DNA of 64,000 nt. It comes from Treponemataceae bacterium. GTDB lineage: Bacteria; Spirochaetota; Spirochaetia; Treponematales; Rectinemataceae. Shown in pieces: positions 58,574 through 64,000 of this stretch. Under the pieces are notes generated by a model that was not told the origin of the DNA, searched no databases, and saw only the letters and a list, made by a program, of their open reading frames with translations. Made by a program: the position numbers and the translations under genes. The DNA lies in contig CAXXGJ010000002.1 of assembly GCA_963677895.2 (NCBI GenBank), positions 64,001-128,000 on the forward strand. Reading direction: 5' to 3'. The first letter of the stretch is position 1; each line of letters opens with the position of its first letter.

Positions 58574-59386
58574 TCATTTTCGCCACGTGGTGGGGTCGCG
58601 GTGGAAAAAGAGCTTGAGCTGTTTATGGACGGCCGGATATTCCCGCAAAAGGACGGCCGGGCGCTCCCAGAAATATTCGCAGACCACGGCGAAGAATTCG
58701 TCGGGGCTCTCGGCCGCGTAAGGGTCCAGCCTGGATCGCGTTTTCGAGGTTCCCCTGCGGGCGGCGCGTCGCGCCTTCGGCGAATCCGAGAGTTTGGCGT
58801 TCAGGTCCTTCCAGGCTTCGGTGAACGCCTCGTTCCAGCGCAGCGGGTCCATGCCGGCGTGCAGGGGAGGGCGGCCGTCATAAAGGCCGTCCAGGCCGTC
58901 GAGTTTGTGGGCCATCTCGTGTATGACTACATTGTAACCATCGCCCCAGCCCGAGGCGTCTATGTCGGGAATCGACAGCGCGATAGGCCCCAGCGAGAAC
59001 GCTTCGCCGGCCAAGGCTTCCTCCCGCTCGTGGACTATGCCCGATTCGTCCGTCCAGCGCTGCGTGACGGCATAGGCGTCGGGCGTGACAAATATCGTGT
59101 TGAAGTCACGGTACCAGGACAAGTCCAGACCCAGCAGCGGAAGACAAGCCTGGGCGGCGACTGAAACCTTCAGCTTTTCGTCGATTTCGGCCCCGCCCAC
59201 GGGGCGGAAGCGCTTAATGGCCAGAAACTGTCCCGAAAGCTCGCGCAGCCGTGTCCGATCGTCATCGGGCAAGCCCGCGAAAATGCGGTGCTCATCCAAG
59301 GCCCATGCCCATAGTTCGTCGCGGATGGCGCCTCTCTCGGCGAGCCGCCGGCGTCTCGCCTCCAGAAATCCGTCGAAAATTCCCAT
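58574..59386 (-). CDS. mtfA: MtfA / peptidase M90 zinc metallopeptidase
   Basis: VAAQACLP, NVVIHEMAHKLD, DPYAAESPDEFFAV. Confidence 0.85.
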   Translation of the reverse strand: MGIFDGFLEARRRRLAERGAIRDELWAWALDEHRIFAGLPDDDRTRLRELSGQFLAIKRFRPVGGAEIDEKLKVSVAAQACLPLLGLDLSWYRDFNTIFVTPDAYAVTQRWTDESGIVHEREEALAGEAFSLGPIALSIPDIDASGWGDGYNVVIHEMAHKLDGLDGLYDGRPPLHAGMDPLRWNEAFTEAWKDLNAKLSDSPKARRAARRGTSKTRSRLDPYAAESPDEFFAVVCEYFWERPAVLLREYPAVHKQLKLFFHRDPTTWRK

Positions 59387-59505
59387 GCCTCCAGCCTACA
59401 CGGGAATCGCCTTTCGCTGAAGCCTCCGATCGCCGCGTATTGGAGGCGCCGGCCTCCTTCCGCGATCTTCCGGCGTTTCGGCTCGGTCTTTGGCAGGCAT
59501 GGCTA

Positions 59506-59533
59506 TTGACAATTCGAGGCCTTTCAACATAAT
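59506..59533 (+). promoter_or_regulatory. Promoter of tRNA cluster
   Basis: TTGACA-16nt-CATAAT. Confidence 0.65.
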
Positions 59534-59566
59534 GTCGGTACTCGCCGATTCATTTTTTCTGTCTGT

Positions 59567-59651
59567 GGAGCGGTGTCCGAGGGGTTTAAGGAGGCGGTCT
59601 TGAAAACCGTTGAACCGCGAGGTTCCGGGGGTTCGAATCCCCCCTGCTCCG
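59567..59651 (+). tRNA. tRNA-Ser(TGA)
   Basis: GGAGCGG/CTGCTCC acceptor stem, CT-TGA-AA loop, long variable arm, GTTCGAATC. Confidence 0.95.
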
Positions 59652-59670
59652 GATACTGCGATATTTTGTT

Positions 59671-59758
59671 GGAGAGGTGCGAGAGCGGCCGAATCGGGCT
59701 CCCTGCTAAGGAGTTGTACCTCTAAAGGGTACCGAGGGTTCGAATCCCTCCCTCTCCG
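59671..59758 (+). tRNA. tRNA-Ser(GCT)
   Basis: GGAGAGG/CCTCTCC acceptor stem, CT-GCT-AA loop, long variable arm. Confidence 0.95.
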
Positions 59759-59764
59759 CTACGC

Positions 59765-59838
59765 GAGGCTATAGCTCAGCTGGATAGAGCTTCAGATTGC
59801 GGATCTGAAGGTCGGAGGTTCGAATCCTCTTAGCCTCA
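59765..59838 (+). tRNA. tRNA-Arg(GCG)
   Basis: GAGGCTA/TAGCCTC acceptor stem, TCAGA-TT-GCG-GA-TCTGA anticodon arm. Confidence 0.92.
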
Positions 59839-59847
59839 TTCTTCGTT

Positions 59848-59933
59848 GGAGAGATGCGAGAGCGGCTGAATCGGGCGGTCTCGAAAACCGTTAAACCTTT
59901 TAGGTTTCGAGGGTTCGAATCCCTCTCTCTCCG
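59848..59933 (+). tRNA. tRNA-Ser(CGA)
   Basis: GGAGAGA/TCTCTCC acceptor stem, CT-CGA-AA loop. Confidence 0.95.
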
Positions 59934-60019
59934 CAAGCCGCGCTTCTTCGTCGCTCCAACGTCGATAAAGCAGGCGTTTTCAGTTTTTCGTTTCTGTTTT
60001 CGTTTCTTTTTTTCTTTTT

Positions 60020-60106
60020 GGAGAGATGACCGAGCGGCCGAAGGTGCGCGATTGGAAGTCGCGTGTACCCGTAAGGGTACCTAGGGTTCAAATCCCTATC
60101 TCTCCG
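60020..60106 (+). tRNA. tRNA-Ser(GGA)
   Basis: GGAGAGA/TCTCTCC acceptor stem, TT-GGA-AG loop, long variable arm. Confidence 0.95.
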
Positions 60107-60116
60107 TAGCATTTAG

Positions 60117-60228
60117 AGCGCAAGAAGCCAGGCACTGTGCTCGTAACCACTGCGGAACCCGCCAGGTCCGGAAGGAAGCAACGGTACGTGGAAGGTGCGG
60201 TGCCGCAGAGCGCCTGGCTTCTTGCGCT
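60117..60228 (+). ncRNA. ffs: Signal recognition particle RNA (small/4.5S type)
   Basis: CAGGTCCGGAAGGAAGCAAC helix-8 motif within long hairpin; directly upstream of dnaX. Confidence 0.9.
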
Positions 60229-60271
60229 TCAAGTGCTTTACCCTTCCACGCCTCCATGCTATTTTGATGCC

Positions 60272-62446
60272 ATGCCCTATGAAGTCACCGCGGCCAGAAA
60301 ACGCCCCCAATCATTCGAACAGCTCGCTGGCCAGGAGTTCGTCGCCGCCACCCTCGAGAAGTCCCTCGAGACCGGCAGGATAGCCCACGCCTATCTTTTT
60401 TCGGGTCCAAGGGGCTGCGGCAAGACAAGCACGGCGCGCATCCTCGCTAAGGCGCTCAACTGCGAAAAAGGTCCCACCGCCCAGCCCTGCGGCGTCTGCG
60501 ATTCCTGCATGTCGATAACGGCCGGTTCCTCCCTCGACGTGATCGAGATCGACGGCGCGTCGAACACCTCGGTCGAGAACGTGCGCCAGATAAAGGATGA
60601 GGTTCTTTTCCCGCCCAATTCCAGCCGCTATAAAATATACATCATCGACGAAGTCCATATGCTCTCGACGAGCGCCTTCAACGCCCTGCTGAAGACGATC
60701 GAGGAGCCGCCGCCCTACGTGATTTTCATGTTCGCCACGACCGAGCAGCACAAGGTGCCGGCTACGATCAAGAGCCGCTGCCAGCAGTTCACGTTCAGGC
60801 TCGTATCCTCCGACGTGGTCGTGCGGCTTCTCGCCGCCGCCGCCGCCGATCTCGGCGTGACCGCCGAACCCGAGGCTCTGCTCTGGATCGCCCGCGAATC
60901 GGGCGGCTCCGTGCGCGACGCTTACACCCTCTTCGACCAGGTAGTCTCCTTCGCCGAAGGCCACATCACGGCGGCCCTTATCCGCGAAAAGCTCGGCCTC
61001 GTAGGACAGGACAGGATGAACGCGCTTTTCGGGCTTTTCGTCGCGGGCGATACAGCGGGCTCCCTTTCGGCCTTGGACTCGATTCTCGGCGGCGGCGTTT
61101 CGCCAGAGCAGTTTGTGGCCGACACCGTCGAGTACTGCAGGGCTCTGCTTCTCATCAAGCACGGCCTCACGCGCGAGAGCATCCTCGGCGCCCCGCTTTC
61201 CTCCTTCGATCTTTCGATCACCGAGGCCTTGTCGGGCGAACGCATCGAGCGCGTCCTCTCGACCTTCCTGTCCGCGTACAGAAATCTGAAAGAGTCCATC
61301 GATCCCCGCTACGAACTGGACCTCGCCGTGGCGAAGGCTTCCCATATCGGGAGCTACGTGCCGCCCTCCGATCTCGTCCGCGCCGTGGGCACGCTCAAGC
61401 GCTATCTCGAGAAGAACGCCCCGATGACCGCGGCCCCCGCTTCGGCGGCCACCCGGGCTCCGGCGCCGGTCCCAATCCCGGAACAGATCCGGACAGCGGC
61501 CGCCCCAATGGCATCGGCCGCCTCAATGGCATCGGCCGCCCCCGCGGCCTCACCCGCCTCTCCGGTCCCGGCCGCTCCTTCGGTAAGTGCCCAGGTCGCT
61601 CCTTCTGTCGCCGCCCAGCCCGCCGTTTCATTCGGGGGCATCGATCCCGCGAAGCTGCCGGAACTCAAGAAAATCCTCGTCGCCGACATAAAGAAGAATA
61701 ACGTGCTCCTCGCCACGGCCCTGGACAAGAGCCGTTCCTGGCATCTCAAGGGGCAGACGCTTTCCATCTCGGTGACGAAACAGATGGACTGCGACCTCCT
61801 CAGGCGATTCCTCGCCATCATCGCCGAAGTGCTGGCCGTGAGAGTGGGCTCTCCCCAGAAGATCGAAGTGACGCTGGCGGCGGAGGATATTCCCGAGGAG
61901 AGCCAAGGCCAAGGTGATTCCCCTTTTGATTCCCCCGGCGCGGACGCCGGGTTCGCTTCTCAGGGAATCAACGAGGCTCAGGGCGTCGGCGCTGGAGCCG
62001 TTGGAGTGCCTGGAGGCTCTGGAGCCTCCGGAGGCGCCGAAGGCGAAGCCCGCTTGCCGGGATCCTTCAACGAGCGGCCGCGGGAAGATCGACAGGAAAA
62101 CAGGCAGGCTCGAGGACAGCAGCCTAAGCCCGATTCCGGCAGAGGCCAGGCCAACCCCGTGAATGTACCGCAGGTGAGCCTTCCCGAAAGGGAGGCGATC
62201 GGCATGGTCGAACGCCTTTTTAAAGGGAATCTCGCGGGCTATTCGCATGCCGCGCAGGCGGCGGCTTCAAGTACGGCGGCTCCAGGTTCGCCGGCCCAAA
62301 GCCCGATGGCGCCAGGTTTAGCCACGTCCGGCTCAGCGGCGCGGAGACCCGTCGGACGGGGCCCGACGGAAGAAGACTCTGAAATGAACGACGACAGGGC
62401 CGCTACCTATAGTCCCGATATCGACGAAAACGAAACATCAGAATAA
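60272..62446 (+). CDS. dnaX: DNA polymerase III subunit gamma/tau
   Basis: ARKRPQSF, HAYLFSGPRGCGKTS, EIDGASN, IIDEVHML, TIKSRC. Confidence 0.97.
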   Translation: MPYEVTAARKRPQSFEQLAGQEFVAATLEKSLETGRIAHAYLFSGPRGCGKTSTARILAKALNCEKGPTAQPCGVCDSCMSITAGSSLDVIEIDGASNTSVENVRQIKDEVLFPPNSSRYKIYIIDEVHMLSTSAFNALLKTIEEPPPYVIFMFATTEQHKVPATIKSRCQQFTFRLVSSDVVVRLLAAAAADLGVTAEPEALLWIARESGGSVRDAYTLFDQVVSFAEGHITAALIREKLGLVGQDRMNALFGLFVAGDTAGSLSALDSILGGGVSPEQFVADTVEYCRALLLIKHGLTRESILGAPLSSFDLSITEALSGERIERVLSTFLSAYRNLKESIDPRYELDLAVAKASHIGSYVPPSDLVRAVGTLKRYLEKNAPMTAAPASAATRAPAPVPIPEQIRTAAAPMASAASMASAAPAASPASPVPAAPSVSAQVAPSVAAQPAVSFGGIDPAKLPELKKILVADIKKNNVLLATALDKSRSWHLKGQTLSISVTKQMDCDLLRRFLAIIAEVLAVRVGSPQKIEVTLAAEDIPEESQGQGDSPFDSPGADAGFASQGINEAQGVGAGAVGVPGGSGASGGAEGEARLPGSFNERPREDRQENRQARGQQPKPDSGRGQANPVNVPQVSLPEREAIGMVERLFKGNLAGYSHAAQAAASSTAAPGSPAQSPMAPGLATSGSAARRPVGRGPTEEDSEMNDDRAATYSPDIDENETSE

Positions 62447-62457
62447 GAGGATACGTT

Positions 62458-62799
62458 ATGGAAATTTCGGATCTCATGAACATGCTCAAGAATCCCCAGG
62501 CCATCCAAGCCAAGGCCAACGAACTGAAGCAGAAAACGGCAGCCCTCAGGGCTACGGGCCAGTCGGGGGGCGGCATGGTAAAAGTCACCCTTTCGGGCGA
62601 AATGGAAATGCTCGAATGCTCGATAGCCCCGGAAGCCGTCGACCCCTCCGACCCTAAAATGCTCGAAGATCTCATCCGCGCCGCTCACCACGACGCCGCC
62701 GAACGCATCCAGGAATCCATACGGACGCAGATGGCGGAGATGATGGGCGGCATGCCTCCGGGAATGTTCGGCGGCGGGAATCCCTTCGGAGGATTCTGA
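62458..62799 (+). CDS. ybaB: YbaB/EbfC nucleoid-associated protein
   Basis: GQSGGGMVKVT, MLEDLI; dnaX-ybaB-recR synteny. Confidence 0.9.
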   Translation: MEISDLMNMLKNPQAIQAKANELKQKTAALRATGQSGGGMVKVTLSGEMEMLECSIAPEAVDPSDPKMLEDLIRAAHHDAAERIQESIRTQMAEMMGGMPPGMFGGGNPFGGF

Positions 62800-63422
62800 T
62801 GCGAGCCCTCGAGGATCTCGTTTCGCTGCTCACCCGGCTTCCGGGCATCGGCCGGAAAAGCGCGCTCCGCATGGCCTATTATCTTCTGAAGGCCGACCAG
62901 CGCTATGCCGAAGCCCTCTCCGAGCGCATCGCGAAACTGCAGAGCGAAATCAGGTTCTGTTCCGTCTGCGGCTCCTACACGGAAACCGACCCCTGTCCCG
63001 TTTGCGACGGCCTCGATAGGGACCGCCGGATCATCTGCGTCGTCGAACAGCCCCAGGACGTTCTCACCATCGAGGCGTCGAAGGAATATAAAGGCCTCTA
63101 CCATGTCCTCGGCGGCCTTCTCTCGCCGCTTGACGGCATCGGCCCCGACAAGCTGCGGATAGCCTCCCTCGTGCAGAGGATCAGGACGGGCAGGAACGCT
63201 TCTCCTGAGGCCGCCGCTCTCCCCGGCCGGATCGAGGAAGTCGTGCTCGCGACCAATCCCACGGTCGAAGGGGACACGACAGCCCTGTACATAAAAAAAG
63301 TCTTGGAGAGAGAAGGCATCCAGGTGACCAGACTCGCGACGGGCATTCCCGTGGGCGGCGACCTGGAATATGCCGACCGCCTCACGCTCGCCCGCTCGTT
63401 TCATGGGAGAATGCCGCTGTGA
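62799..63422 (+). CDS. recR: Recombination mediator RecR
   Basis: LPGIGRKSA, C4 zinc finger, YHVLGG, ATNPTVEGDTTA. Confidence 0.97.
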   Translation: MRALEDLVSLLTRLPGIGRKSALRMAYYLLKADQRYAEALSERIAKLQSEIRFCSVCGSYTETDPCPVCDGLDRDRRIICVVEQPQDVLTIEASKEYKGLYHVLGGLLSPLDGIGPDKLRIASLVQRIRTGRNASPEAAALPGRIEEVVLATNPTVEGDTTALYIKKVLEREGIQVTRLATGIPVGGDLEYADRLTLARSFHGRMPL

Positions 63423-63450
63423 AGCGGCGCCAATCATCGGAGGTATCTGA

Positions 63451-63810
63451 ATGAAAGTCAGCGATATCGTGACAATACTCGACGCGAAGGTCTTCGCCGG
63501 CGGGAACCAGCTCGATCTCGAAGTCCAATCCGCCTGCGGGGCCGATCTCATGAGCGACGTCATGGCTTTCGTGAAGGAAAGGGTCGTTCTCCTGACCGGC
63601 CTGATGAATCCGCAGGCGCTCAGGACGGCCGATCTCCTCGACATCAAGGTGATCGTGTTCGTCCGCGGCAAGAAACCGACGGCCGACCTGCTGGAAATGG
63701 CCGATGAATCGAAAATGATACTCATGACGACCAAATATTCGATGTTCCTCGCCTGCGGCCGTCTCTACGAGGCGGGCTTGAGGGCCGGCGGCATCAGGGA
63801 AATTTCCTGA
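63451..63810 (+). CDS. DRTGG domain protein
   Basis: ACGADLMSDVM, LLTGL, FVRGK, CGRLY. Confidence 0.8.
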   Translation: MKVSDIVTILDAKVFAGGNQLDLEVQSACGADLMSDVMAFVKERVVLLTGLMNPQALRTADLLDIKVIVFVRGKKPTADLLEMADESKMILMTTKYSMFLACGRLYEAGLRAGGIREIS

Positions 63811-63821
63811 AGGAATCCGGC

Positions 63822-64000
63822 GTGAAGCTCAATTTTTCCATACCTTCGATGGACTTTTCCGCGGCGGGAAAGGCTTCCACCGAGGTGAAGCGCCTCCTCG
63901 CGAGGCTGGGCCTCAATTCCGACCTCGTCAAGCGGATCGCGATAGCCATGTACGAGGGCGAAATGAACATCGCCATCCACGGCGGCGGGGGGGAGGCCGA
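63822..64000 (+). CDS. Anti-sigma-factor-like Ser/Thr kinase (RsbT/HATPase), partial
   Basis: GTG 63822: MKLNFSIPSMDFSAAGKASTEVKR...IAIAMYEGEMNIAIHGGGG. Confidence 0.75.
   Translation, partial: MKLNFSIPSMDFSAAGKASTEVKRLLARLGLNSDLVKRIAIAMYEGEMNIAIHGGGGEA

Noticed and set aside
59400..60110. Prophage or ICE integration at the tRNAs
   Set aside because: No integrase or duplicated tRNA 3' end seen in the window
60137..60271. N-terminal extension of dnaX in the ORF track
   Set aside because: Overlaps SRP RNA; real start is ATG 60272
59854..60310. Short ORFs across the tRNA/SRP region
   Set aside because: Overlap structural RNA genes

Overview
GC-rich bacterial chromosome segment, most consistent with an anaerobic free-living spirochaete (inference from Treponema-like lipoproteins and OMPs, tRNA-Arg(GCG) and pyrG-lptC-lptA-lptB-tatD order). 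Most of it is housekeeping, transport and accessory genes: metNIQ, hppA, a radical SAM/DUF4130 repair pair, GNATs, MFS transporters, tag, ferritin, thrC-thrB, rsmG, pyrG, lptCAB, dusB, a PotA/AfuA-type ABC system, five tRNAs, SRP RNA, dnaX-ybaB-recR and the start of a DRTGG/kinase cluster. Two systems stand out. (1) At 1-3723 a Moco/Tuco-class riboswitch sits on the RBS of a sugar-type ABC operon. The operon encodes a fused binding protein and a lipoprotein with three molybdopterin-oxidoreductase-like repeats, making it a candidate Mo/W-cofactor-responsive uptake system. (2) At about 46.8-56.5 kb an island holds four DUF3494 ice-binding-type lipoproteins, a beta-barrel OMP and csbD-ytxH-DUF948-catalase. 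Five copies of a CRP/FNR-like site (TGTGYGCTRBCGMACA-GAC) lie at class II (-41.5) spacing upstream of these genes, and the island ends in an LPD29 mobile-element-type gene. Also seen: a perfect 16-bp palindrome on the repair operon promoter, many apparently leaderless genes, and two single-base frameshifts. All family calls are by motif recognition; no searches were run.
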